The translations under genes were made by a program, and so were the position numbers. Shown here in pieces: positions 40,148 to 54,076 of a DNA stretch of 64,000 nucleotides. Each line of letters opens with the position of its first letter. Within the stretch, counting starts at the first letter, position 1. The notes beneath the pieces are model-generated. The model made no database searches and was not told the origin of the DNA. It saw nothing but the letters and a program-made list of their open reading frames with translations. The stretch comes from Piromyces finnis finn (lineage: Eukaryota; Fungi; Neocallimastigomycota): NCBI GenBank assembly GCA_002104945.1, contig MCFH01000027.1:558001-622000 (forward strand). The letters run 5' to 3'.

Positions 40148-41034
40148 AGGAATAAAAGATCTACTCCTCCAATAAATGTGCAAAAATGCACATAATAGTG
40201 CCATTAAAATAAGGACATTTCTATAAGAAAAATTATTAAGTAAAAATAAAAGAAAAATAATCAACCATTTTTAATTTTTTAAAAATAAAGAAAACCAAAA
40301 AAAAGAAAAAAAAGAAAAAAAAAATTACAGATATTTTTATTTATAAGCATCTAAAAAGCAAAAACAAGAAAAAAAAACAAAAGGAAAAAAAAAAGTTGCA
40401 ATTTCCTATTTATGTAAATTTAAAACAAATTAATATACGAAAGTCAAAGAAAAAATAAATAAAAATATTAGCAAATAACAATAAGAAAAAAAAAAAGAGG
40501 TTTTTAAAAATTTTGTTTCATATTTTTTTTAATATTTTGTTACTTTTTTTTTTATTTTTAGTATTTTTTATATATAAAAGAAAAGCAATTGAATTATTAT
40601 AAAAGTCAGGTTAAGAAAAAAAAAATTTTTTCTGGCTAGAAAGTGTCCAACAGTATATTAAACCAAAATTTTATATTTTTTAAATTTTTTATTTATTGGT
40701 TTATTTTTATTTTTATTTTTTTTTTTTTTTGCTATTTAGTTTATTTTATTATTATAATTATTTATATATTATACTATTATTTATTATACTATTATTATTA
40801 TTATTTAATTTTCTTTTTTTCTTTTTTTTTTTTTTTTTTTTTTTTTTCATTAATATATTAGTATTTTAATTTTTTTTTTTTTTTTTTTTCTTTCTTTCTT
40901 TTTCTCCTTTTCTCTCTGTTTGGCATTTTAAATAGTTGGAAAATGGAATCCTATTTTGGTTTTATTTTATATTTTTTCTTTTAAAAAAAAAAAAAAAAAG
41001 AAATATATAAAGAGAGGATTTAATATTAATTTTA

Positions 41035-44000
41035 TTATATTAATAGACCATCAAGACCACTATTATTATTACTATTATTATTGCTAGAATTATTATTAAA
41101 ACTAAAGTTTGGCATTGATGGTGTAGAAGATTGAGTTTCAAAAAGTGAAGTTGGTAAAATATGTTGGAAGTAGTAAACACCAAGATTATTCTTAACAGCA
41201 ATTTGAAGAAGAGTTGGTGGATTCATTTGTTGAACTGGTCCATTGGTACCTAATGGAAGAGTAAAGTCTTTTGAACCGTTTGGTGGAATAACATTTATAC
41301 CAATTGGAGCTAATGGAACTAAACCATAACTATTTAAATAGAAAGTATTATTATATGTGTATGCATTATATAAATATAAAAGTTTAATCATCCTTATTTC
41401 AATTATCAATTGTATTAGGTGAAAATAAAACTATATATATATATATAAAGAAAAGGAGTAATCTTACGTATTCTTATTAAATTGAATAGCTATTTCAGAT
41501 AATGGTTGAGCCGTCTTATTTGAGAAAGTTAATTCCATAAAGAATTTATTTTGACGTTTAACAAATACAGCTGAGATTTCCATACCTTTGCCTTCATTAG
41601 CTGGTAACATAATAGTTTTTTGTGGCTGTGGTTGTGGAGTAGACATCATATTCATATTTAAACCACCAAGTCCTCCAAGACCACTGTTTTGTGGACTTAA
41701 AATACTTGAGGAACTCATTGAATTATTATTACTACTACTACCGAGAATATTCATTAAATCATTTTGAACATTAGTACTTGGTGTAGTTGGTTGAGATAAT
41801 CCCATAGTATTACCCATGGATGGAACATCATCATTTAATAAATCTAAAAGATCATTCATACCAGATTTTGGTGCAGCGGAAGATGGTGGAGTAGCTGATT
41901 TTGGTGGAGCACTATCATCAAAGTCTAAGTCTAATAAGTTTTCAACACCACCAATTGTAGTACCTGGAACACCTTCAATATCAGCATCAGCATCTTCAGC
42001 TGGAGTTCTATAGATATTATATCAATTGAATAAAATTAATAAAGTTAATTATTAATCATTCCAATATTTAAAATATATATTAGATACATTATAGATATAT
42101 AAAAAAATAAATAAATAAAAAATTTTTTTCATATTAAATAAATATTTAATTTTAAAGCAATGATTTTAAAATATTTTAATTATAAAAAAAAAAAAAAAAA
42201 AAACATACGAGAAGATCTTAGTATCACCAGTACGACCACCAAAGAGAGAAGCTGGTTTGTAGTAAACAGAAGCTAAAGTACCAATATTAGAAATTAATTC
42301 ATCAAGTAATGAATCACTAACAATTTTAGTACGAGATTCGATTGGTGGTTTTTCAGCTAAAACAACAGCCTAGTATATTAAAGTTCATATTATATATTGT
42401 TGTTATTTTTTTTTTTTTTTTTTTATTAAAGAAGAAAAAAATAGAAAAAAAGATGAAAATGTTAATATATAAAATAATAATAGTATAAAATAGTTTTTAT
42501 TTTCTTTAGAAATAAGTAAAACTTACCTTTGTAGCTTGTGGGTTAGTAGATAATAAACGCCAGTAAATGTAAGCTCTATCACGAATATCTGGGTTATCAC
42601 AAGATTGAGTGGCAGTTTGAAGAATCTTTTGAACACTATCTTGAGCTTGACTTGGTTTCTTTAGGAATAATTTAACAATAGCTGTAATTAATTGTAATTG
42701 TACCATACTTGATTCTTCCTTGAAATTTTCTAAGAAAAATTCTAAAAGTTCATTGGCATTATCAATCTTTTCAGCATATTCTCCAATAATCCAAATTAAA
42801 GAAGCCTTAGCTTCCGGTTCATCTAAACTTTCCAAATTTTTACATAAGTTAACAATAACACCTTCATAAGAGTGTGGGTACTTTCTGAAAATATCCTATA
42901 ATATTTAAAAAATTATATTTTTATGTTGAGAGTGTTTATTATACCAACGAGTTGATTAAAATTTATAAATTAATTTTAGTTTCATATTTTTTTTGAGAGA
43001 GTATTGTATATAATACATTAAATTTAAATATTTAAAAATAATTATAAAAAATTTTTAAAGTATTTTTATAAAGAAAAAAATGTATAGTATGTTTATGATT
43101 TACCTTCATAACAACAATAGCTTCTTGAAGAACATAGTTAATATGAGATGATATTAATTCAAGCAATACATTAACGCATCTTTCGGCAGCAGATTCAAGT
43201 TTAATAGCGCATCTACCAATAGCACGAACAGATCTTCTGACGAAATCAACATCAACTTCATTACAGTATCTATTTTCAATTATATTAAATATTTATTAGA
43301 TACATACACACCCATATTTTAAATAGAATAATAATATTTAATAAAAAAAATGTTATTAAAAAATGTTATTATGAATTTTACTCTTTGAATTCAGATAAAA
43401 CTTGATCGATATTCTTTTCATTACAAAGTTGAATCATAACTTCAAGTTTTTCTAATTTTACGTATGGAGGATCATTGTATTTACAGAAGAAGACTCGAAT
43501 TTCTTGATTTAAAATATCATTTCTCTTTTGAAGAATTAAATTTATATTTCTTAAAGCAACATATTGAATTTCAGAGTGATCAGAAACAAGAGTAACTTTA
43601 TATAATAAATTATTTTTGATTTATTTTTTTTTTTTAAAAAAAAAAAAAATTAAATAATTTAATAAATCTATTATATGTAATTTTTTATTACATTTATTTA
43701 TTTATTTTTTTTTTTTTATAAATAATAAAAGTTGTTCATTATAAATAAACTTTAAAAATATTACCTAATGGTGGAGTCATTTTCTTGACAATAGTTTGAA
43801 TAGTTTTTTCAGAAGTAATATAATTATTATTCATGTAAACCATAAAAACCTTAACAGCAGAAAGTACAACACTAGCATTAGCATGTTGAAGTCTTGGAAT
43901 AACACGTTCAACAATGGTTTCAGCTTCTTTTTCGTCAACTGGAACATAGTCAGCAAGAGTGGTTAAAATACAAATTTGACCCCATCTAAAAAAAGTAAAT

Positions 44001-44482
44001 GGTCCTATTAGATATCTTTATCTACAAAATATAATAAAAAATGTATTTTTTAACTTAAAAAATATTCTTACTCAGTAGATTCGTTTAAGGCAGCAAGAAG
44101 CTTAGCTAAAATATTGTTATTAATGTTAAAAAGTCCCTTTTGTGATGAAGAGTCGTTAATTTCGGAAAGGGCCGCAACTGCATTTGCTACGACCTGATAA
44201 AGACATAATATTCAAAATGGTAATGATATGGTTGTCATTAATGAAATAAACATTTAATTAATGAGAATATACTCCATTGTTATTTAATTTATTTTATAAT
44301 CTTAATATTAATAATTTATGTATGGTACATACAACTGGATTAGAATCTGAAATCATTTCTTGAAGTGTAGAAACGAAACCGTTGTCAACAGTTAATTGTG
44401 GATTTAAGTCATATAACTTGGCAACACAAATAGCAGCTGTCTTTCTTACATATGGATTATCATCCTTTATACATTCAATTTG

Positions 44483-44523
<41 letters not shown>

Positions 44524-45546
44524 TTAATAATTCATTTCTAAAATTATTATTTCATTTAATAATAAATATATATATGCTTGATTCTATAAATAATTTACTC
44601 TTAAACACTTTCTAAGTGGTTCACATAAATAATTAGTAATTTCTTCAACACGTAAACATCCCATAGTACGAATAGCTAAAGCTCTAATTAATGGATTTGG
44701 ATCATCGGTATCCTAGTTTAATAAAATAAAAATATTATATTTTGTTGGTTTTTGTTGAAAAAAATTTTTTTATATAATATATATTATATAAATTATATTT
44801 TTAAATTCATATAGTAATTTGAAATTTAAATGTGTGTATTTACTTTGACAAATGTGTTAACGGCTAAAATAACTAATTCTGGTTGTGATTTAGCATAATT
44901 GATTAAATATAAATAAACTAATTTCTTTAATTCAATATCGTCAGTTTGCATATTCTTTACAACATCAGCAAATAAACCGCTAACATCTTTTCCAATAGTC
45001 ATATTAGCGATAACTCTCTTTACAGTATCTTTTCTACGTTCTTTGTATTCTGAATTAAGATCAGCCTTTAATTCAAAATTTTCACCTTTATCACAAGTAT
45101 TAAGTTAATTGAGTTTTATAAATGTATATTATTAAATATATATGTGTTTTCATAGTATTTTTGATAAATACAACATTTATAAATTATTTAATTAAATTGT
45201 TATTGCAAATAATATTAATTAATTATATTTGATTTGAAAGGTATTGTTTTATAAAAATACAATAAAATTTTATATTGTAAACAGAAATATTTAATACAAT
45301 TATTTTTTAGTAAATGAAATATAATATTTTTCTATATTATTATTTAACAACAATATTTTATTTGTTAATTTTTGCAATATACCTTTTTTAGCGGTAGAGA
45401 AGAAATTTTGTCTTCTTAAATCTGCTAAGGCATTTTGAGTAAATTTTGTTACAGCAGCCTAATAAATATTTTTATTTTTATAAATAATTTCTTAATTTCT
45501 ATAAATATGTTTTAATGATATTGTATTTTGTTGTGTTTACCTGCAT
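41035..45546 (-). CDS. APL2: AP-1/AP-2 adaptor complex beta subunit (beta-adaptin), about 13 exons
   Basis: First coding exon ATGCAG (45546-45541), then [18 protein letters not shown]. Trunk motifs [24 protein letters not shown] and [24 protein letters not shown]...[17 protein letters not shown]. Hinge clathrin boxes LLDLD and LLDLL. Ear sandwich QFNKNTYGL...[10 protein letters not shown]-1 versus AP-2 assignment is not resolved. Confidence 0.88.
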
Positions 45547-48024
45547 CTTGATATGATAATTAATTTAAGTAAAAAATGGTATATAAAAGTCTATTCAATT
45601 TCTAAAAATTCTAAATTAAAAAGACATTATAAGAAACATAAGGAATAACATTATTAATATATTAAAATAAATCAATTATAATGGTATATAAAATTGATAT
45701 CAAAATTTCCATTTAACATGCATTTTTAAATTTATTCATAAAATTATTTTTTTAAGGTATATTGTTGAAATTCTCATCAAGAAGTATTTATCATAAAGAA
45801 TATTTATATTTATATATCTATATATGTTTACAGATATATCATTATAATATATTAATATATCTTTTTTTTTTTTATTTTATTTTTTTTTTGATTTAATTAT
45901 AAAATTTATTAACTTATTTTATTACTCCACAATATTGACAGTTGTTTGATGGAAGGAAAAATATATATATATATATATAATTTAATTTATAATTTTAAAT
46001 TTTATGATAGACAATAATATTGAATATTTAAATAACATTCTGCGTTTCATTATCATAAATATATTGTAAATCCTGAATTTTTTATTTGATACATAAAGTA
46101 CATAAAGACGCTTTTATTTTATTTTATTTTATTTTGTATAAAATTTATTGTTTTGGTTTTGTTGGTTGTTGTATTTTTGTAGTTTAATTTTTCTTTTTCT
46201 CTTTTTTTATTTATTTGTAAAATAAATAGAAAAAAAAAAAAAAAAGAAAATAGAATATACAAATTGAAAAAGAAATAAAATATTATAAATAATTATTTAT
46301 AAATATATACTTTTTCGTTTTTTTAACAGAATTATGTAATTATAAAGCTTATAATATTCCAACGTTTGGTAAAGTTTATTTTTATTTTGTTTTTATTTTG
46401 TTTTTTATTTTTTCTTTTTTTTTTTTTTTTAATTTATTTGTTTACTTTTAATTATATATTTATATTGTTATTAATTTATTATAAATGTTATTATCTTACT
46501 ATTAAGTATAATAGTTAATTATAATAAACGTTGAATTTGAACTTGTTAATAACAATAATAAATAATAATAAATAAATAAGAGGTTTAGAGAGTTAAAAAA
46601 CAAGATAAATATAAAAAAAAAAAAAATATTTATTTATTTCTTATATTTATTTTTTAGATTAAAATAAATGAATATATATATAATTAAATAAATAAATAAA
46701 TAATTATGAAAATGTAAACATTAAAGCATTAATAAATGAATGAATAAATAAATAAAATTGTTTATTATTCATAATTACATTATTAAATTTATAATATATA
46801 AATAAGATATATTCTATTTATATTATCTAACATATTACAATATATAAAAATAATAAATAAATATTATAAAAACCATCCATTTAAAAGTACAAAAAAACAA
46901 AAAAAATTAATTTTTAAATTACATAAATTGAATTTAGGTAGAAATCTAGCCATACTAAAAAATTGTCCAGGCAAAAATATTTAAACTTTCATTTTTAAAA
47001 ATGTAGATTCATTTAATATTTAAAACGTTGATTGGTTAATTTTATATTTTTAATACATTTTTTATTTATTTTAAAAGAGCGCTTTACAAAAGTGAAAAAA
47101 AGTATATAAAAAAAAGAGTAATATACCTTATAATATGTATTATATTCAAATAGAATAATAACCTTTTTATAAAAATAAAAAAAGAATTTTAAAAATAGTA
47201 TTCATACAGACATGCTGTTTCAGTCAAAGGTAAATTCAAAATTTTATTTATTTTTAATTATTTATTTATTTTCTTTTTTCAGTTTAATTTCACAGTGATT
47301 TGAAAAGTTATCTCCATTTTCATTGGGAACTTGAGACGTGCTAGCTACTTCTAAATCCTTAAATTTTCTTTTATATTAATATAATTGGTGAAACTTCACT
47401 GAATGATAATAAGGACAAAAAAAAATATTTTAAACTATTATTAATACATTTATTTTAATTATACATCATTATTGTATTTTCTTATAAAAATAAAAAGCTA
47501 AATTAACTACTGTGTAAAATGAAAAATAAAAGTCTAAGATAATGAATGATACTATAGTTTTAATATATATATATGTATGTATATATGTATATATAAAAAG
47601 AAAAGATTAAAAATGTTTTATTAATAAATATACTATATATAAATTAAAGTCAAAAAAAAAAAACCATTTATCAATTAAATATATATATTAATGAATAATA
47701 TTTAACTTTTAAATGTATATATGTAAATATTTTTATTTTATATTCATTGTTTTAACATAGAATTGTAAAAAGTTATTGGTATATTTCGGTATTCTTTGTC
47801 TTTTTTTTTTTCCTCTTCTTCTATATAACATATATATGACAATATGATATCAGATAAATGTTTTTAAAATAACGAAAACAAAGTCTGTTTATGTTGATAT
47901 TAATGATTTTATATATGAAAATGTTCTCCTCTCCTGATTAAAATCATCATTTATTTTATTTTCAATTCGACCACACTTAAAATATAATTGCTGTTGCTGT
48001 TGCTGTTTTTGTTTTTTCTTGTAA

Positions 48025-49207
48025 TCAGACATTTAACGAATTCACTTTTTTCTGTAAGTTATCAACATTCTTTTTTTCATCATCACTAAATTCTTCTTCA
48101 TAAAAATCATCATCTTCATCATACTCATCATCTTCGTATTCATCTTCATATTCATCATCATAGTTAACATCCCAAACACCTATCTCACCATATGTGTCAT
48201 CATTATCCCTCCATCCATTCCATAATTTATTGGAAACATCATTTCTTTTTATTATTGTTATTATTACAGTGTTGTTTTTAGTGATGGTAAAATTGTTATT
48301 AGAATTGTATAAAAAACATAATAATATTACATTATATATAAATGAATATATATGAATAATAATTTGGAATTTATAATTTTAATACTTATTTTAATGAAGA
48401 TAATATATAATAAATATATTAAATAAAAAGAAATTATTTATCTACTTTTTTATCCTTTTTTTAATTAAACTATTGATATTTGTTTGCTTCGAAAAATTGT
48501 GTTTTTCTATTAAATGTTGTTTTCTTTCTTCAGCATTTTTAAATTTCTCTTCACAATCCTGCATAAGGCATTGATACTACATTTTATTTTAAATTTATAA
48601 AATGAAATAAATTAATTATTAAATTATTGAATTTACTATATGGATATATAGATATGTATATATAAAGCGAGGATTTTATAATTCAAATTAAAAATGACAT
48701 TAACTAAATTACCATATTTTTTCTTTGAGATAAAACTTCAAAAAAGGTATCATGAAGTTCTTGTAAATGAATATTCAATAGTTTTTCAGTCATTAGTGTT
48801 ACATTACAAATTGAACAATAATATTTATGAGTTAAAGAATAATGTGCTTCATAATCCTCGATGGAAGAAAATTTCAAACCTAAACAGCTAGGAAGAAGAT
48901 TACATCTTATACAACTATTTTGCCAGTGCAATAAATATAACCAAATATGATTGTTTATATATTAAAAAGCGAGTTTTAAAAAAAATATTTCTTGAGATTT
49001 TAACAAAAATTACATTTACTAATAAGCTAAATATACTTACTCTTCGTCATTATCATTATCTTTAGTGTCATTACTATTATCTATACAAGAATATTTAGTA
49101 TTGTATAAATGATTAAATTCTTCATCACTTTGGTCAAAAAATAAATCATCAGGACTTTTCGGTCTTTTCTTTGGATTATATTTTAAATTTGAATTATCAG
49201 AAACCAT
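48025..49207 (-). CDS. ZNF511-like C2H2 zinc-finger protein, 4 exons, ~239 aa
   Basis: Model complement(join(48025-48244, 48446-48576, 48713-48914, 49041-49207)) = 720 nt. Fingers C..C...F.SIEDYEAHYSLTH, C.IC...LLNIHLQELHDTFF and YQCLMQDCEEKF...RKQHLIEKH follow the ZNF511 family pattern; acidic C-terminal tail. Confidence 0.72.
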
Positions 49208-50072
49208 TATGACTATTTAAAAAAAAAAAAAAGTTATTTCAAAGAATTATTTTTTTTAAAAAAAAATTCAATTTTTAAATATTAATTAACACTTTAATTA
49301 ATTACAAAAAGTTTATATCAATTGTACATATTTTATATTTATGATTGGAAAAATTATTAATTGTATACAATAAAATTTATTATTATCTTTAGAAATAGCA
49401 ATTTATATACTTATCATAATAAAAAAAAAAGTGGTTATTAAAAGGAAATCCAAACATTATCAATTTTAAATAATAATAATAATAATTATAAAAGAGGGAT
49501 TTCAAAAACAACGATAATAAATAAGATAATATTAATAAATATTCTATTTCAATTTTATTAAATAAAAAACTTCACTTTTTAATTCTTTCCAACAACAAAA
49601 AAAAAAAGGTAAAAAGAATTTTTCATTTATCAATGAAAATGTTGTTGAATTTAAGTAAAAATGAATTTAACAATGTAGCAAAATTAAATTATTAATAATA
49701 AAATAGCCTCTTTACAATATTTTTATCCTATAGTTAAAATATAAAGGAATACAGTTTATATATAATAAATTTATATTTCATAATTTTTTTACTAACATAT
49801 ATTATATATATTAAATGTATATATAACAAATTATGTTTTTAAATAAATTTCAATACTTTCTATGAATTAAACTATAAATGAAAAAAAAATAAATAAATAA
49901 ATAAATCTTTTGGATATTTATTAAATTAATAAATTTAAATTTATGAATGGAAATTTTTCATAAATCATTTTAAATTATATGTTTTATAAAAATCAAATTG
50001 AAATCCCAAATAATCACATTTTTTATAATATATTAAAAAAAAAGAGAACGAAAATATACATAATATTAAAAA
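49208..50072. promoter_or_regulatory. Candidate shared divergent promoter (865 bp) between the ZNF511-like gene and DOM34
   Basis: Head-to-head start codons at 49207 (-) and 50073 (+), short for this locus. No specific motif identified. Confidence 0.4.
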
Positions 50073-52182
50073 ATGAAACTTTTAAAAAAAAGTATTGAAA
50101 AGGATAAATCTGGTGTAAGTAGTTCATATAAAATATTACCTATAAATAATTATATATTAAATTTCCTTAAGACTTTAATTATCACCTCAATTCATATTCC
50201 ATAACTTTATTTTATTTTTTTCCTTTTTAATTATTGATAAACAAAAAATATTATATATATATATATAAAACATTAATATATAGTATGTTACCTTAAATCC
50301 AACAGAGCCAGAAGATATGTGGCATATATATAATCTTATCCAAAAAGGTGACCAACTTAAAGCAACTACTATTCGGTAATTTTTAATAATAGTTTTATTA
50401 GTCATATATATACTAAATGAAGCTAGTAATTAAATAGCCAAAATATTTTATTTTAACTATACATAATAATAAAATTAAAACTATTAAATTTTAATATTTT
50501 CTAAATAAATATATTGTTTTATAACTTCTATCTTATATATATAAAAACACCATCACATTAATATATATTAAATATTATAACAAAATAAAAAATATATATA
50601 CAGTCGAGTCATTTCAGAAAGTTCAACTGGTTCTACTAACAAATCCACTGTTCATTTAACTTTAACTATTGTTGTAGAAAAATCACATTTCGATGTTCAA
50701 TCTAGTCAATTACATGTTTTAGGAAGAAATATTACTGAAAGTAAACATATTAAAGTAGGTATCGATAATGATATTTCTAATTATATAAGATATGCTATAT
50801 AAAATAGATATTGAATTATTTCTATAATATCCAAAATTCTTTCCTTTCTATTTTTCATTATTAATATTCCTTATATAATATTCTATAAATATATTTTAAT
50901 AATAATTATCAAAAATTATTCAATATAAAAATAAAAAATTGTTAAAAATTCAAATATGAAATTTCCATATATATCTGTCTTTTGGATTAAAAGATTGGAG
51001 CTTATCACACTCTTGATTTATTTGTCGGACATACTTTAACCTTAATGAAAGAAGAATGGGATATTATTTCATTAGAAAGAATTGAAGAAGCTTGTGATAT
51101 TACAAAGACAGCCGATGTTGGTGCAGTTGTATTACAAGAAGGTTTAGCTAATATATGTTTAATTACAAATACAATGACAGTTGTACGTCAACGTATAGAA
51201 GTTAGTATTCAAAAGAAGAGAAAAGGTTTTGCTTCAGGTTACGAAGGCTCAATAAAAAAATTCTATCAACAAGTTATGGATGCCATTATTCATCATATTA
51301 ATTTTGATGTTGTTAAAGTATTAATTATTGCTAGTCCAGGTTTTGTTAAGGTAAAAATATATTCCAGTAAAAATATTATTTAATTCCAAGTTATTTATTA
51401 TTATTATTATTATATCTTTATCATAATAATAATTATTATTAAAAAGAAATATTAACCGTTCATCATATTTTAAAATATATATATATATAAAAAAATAAAA
51501 TAAAATAAAAATACTCAGGACGATTTATACACTCATATGATGAATGAAGCTATGAAAAATGAAATAAAGGTTTTATTAGAAAATAAATCAAAAATAGTAT
51601 TAATTCATTGTTCAAGTGGTCATAAGCATGCTTTAAATGAAGTTTTAAATGAACCAGCTATTCGTAATCAATTATCTGAAACTAAATATTCTAACGAAAT
51701 AAAGGCCTTACAACGTTTCTATGATATGTTAAATAGAGATACTGGTAGAGCCTTCTATGGTATCAAGTCTATTATTGCTGCATGTGAAAATGGTGCAATT
51801 GAAACTTTACTTTTATCAGATAAATTATTTAGGTAAGAATTAAAATTTAATATATCATCGCTCAATTAAATGATATTAATAACTCGTTCAATATTAATTT
51901 TATTATTATTTCCGAATTTTAAGATCGGATGATATTGAAACTCGTAAAAAATACATTAAGTTAGTTGAAGATGTTCGTTCAATGGGTGGTAAAGTTTTGG
52001 TTTATTCCAGTTTACATAATTCAGGTGAGCAATTAAATCAATTAACTGGTGTTGCTGCTATTTTAAGTTTCCCAATGGAAGAACCAGATTCTGATCTTGA
52101 AAACGAAGTTAGTGATGAAGATGATAGTGATGAATGGTCTACTTCTTCATCAGAAGGTTCTGATGATGAAGAATTAAATTAA
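50073..52182 (+). CDS. DOM34: Pelota/Dom34 ribosome-rescue factor, 6 exons, 404 aa
   Basis: join(50073-50114, 50284-50375, 50604-50754, 50994-51350, 51519-51832, 51924-52182) = 1215 nt. Motifs [84 protein letters not shown]. Confidence 0.93.
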
Positions 52183-54076
52183 TAAAATAAAATAAAAAAA
52201 AAAAAGATGAATTAAATAAAAACTCCTATTATAATTAAATAATCTTCTTCTTTTTTTTTTTTTTTTAATAATAATTATCATCATAAAACAAATATTTTCT
52301 ATTTTATTTTCAAATTTATAAAATTCATCAACATACATTATAGAATATTGTATACATTTTAATTTTTAAAAATAAATAAACAATCAACAAAAATATCGCC
52401 AAATAATAAAAAAAAAAAAAAGAATAAAATAAAATAAAAATATAATACATATAAATAATAAAAAAAAAGTATAATTAATAGTAATAACAATAATAAAATG
52501 TGTGAGGTTTTTCATTACTTTCATCTATTTATAATACTATAAAAAGTTTATTATAATGTTTAAAAATAATAATACCAATTATTATGTAAATATTACAAAG
52601 GTTTAAATAACCTTTTTTAATAGTTATGTCTTTTTTTCACCTTTACAAGCATTAATTTAAATATTTATTTTCATAGAATTATTATAAAAATTTATATATA
52701 TAAAATATATATATGATTATTTTCATCATATTTATTATATAAAAAAAATTATCAGCTTAGTTTGTTAACACTTCTTGAGATAATTTTTCTATACATTCAT
52801 TATAATCAAATTAATATTGAATGAAATAAATAAATAAAAAAAAAGTTTAAGTTATAATCAATTAAGAAAAAAACCATTATTCTCACATTTCATTATCAAA
52901 TTCAATACAAATTTCATTTTAATTCTTGGCTTTTATATTTAATTAATTATTTTTTTTTAAAAAAATAAAAAAAAAAAGTGGCATTAAAATTTAAAGTGAA
53001 ACTTTAAGATTTAATGAAGATAAAAAATAAAATAGAGAGCAAAGATAAAAACTATTATCAGGATAATAAACAATAGTTTAGTAATATTTATTGTTATTAA
53101 TATACATATACTCACAGACTTGTAATGATAATAATGTGAAAATGGAATGTTTGAATTACAAGGTCATTAACAATTAAAAAATGAAATATTATTATTTTTC
53201 CTAAGTATAAAATTTTTTATCCTTTGATTTTTGAGTAAAATTTAATAATATCTTTTAATTCCTTTTGACTTTTCTTCTGATTAAAAAAAAAAAAGGTGAC
53301 CTATTTAAAAATATTCTCATGCTCAGTATAGAAAATGCTAAATGATTTTTCCAACTGTGGCAAGTTTTAAGTAAAAAAATTTTAAAGAAAATTTATTAAT
53401 AATAAATCGTTCGACCATATATAAATTTAATTAAATAAATTAAACAATATATGGAATACACATATTATTGATCGAAAGACGTTTAAAAAATTAGTTTCAT
53501 AAAACTTCAATCTAACATTCCTCTATTAAAATAAAAAAGTGTTCATTTATAATTAAAAAAAAAAGGTTAATAGAAATGGTAACTACATAAAAATTATAAT
53601 AGCATTACTAAAATAATATGAAATATCTTATATTTCCTTAATTCAATAAGAAAAATTATTTTTTTTTTTTCTTGCTTGTAGCACAGTCGAACTTTATTTC
53701 ATATAAAATTGGCTTCTTCTTATTATTATTAAAATTCTAAATAAATACTTTATTATTATTCATTTTAATTAATTGATAAATTAAAATTTCTAAAAAAAGA
53801 AATATAAAAAAATAATATAAAAACTTCTTGGTTTTATAATTAATAAATGTGGAGGCTAAAATATTCAACAACTTTTAATTTAATAATCATTTGATAATAA
53901 CAAAGATAATAATGGTAAAACAATTAATTGATAATAAATATGGCAATATTTATTTTAAAAGTCAAAAAAAGTATAAAAAAACCTTTTTTTCTTAAAAGTT
54001 TTATCAATTATTATAAATAACATTAATAAAAGTTTACAACTATTACCATTAATAAAATATATAATTATTATCCAAA

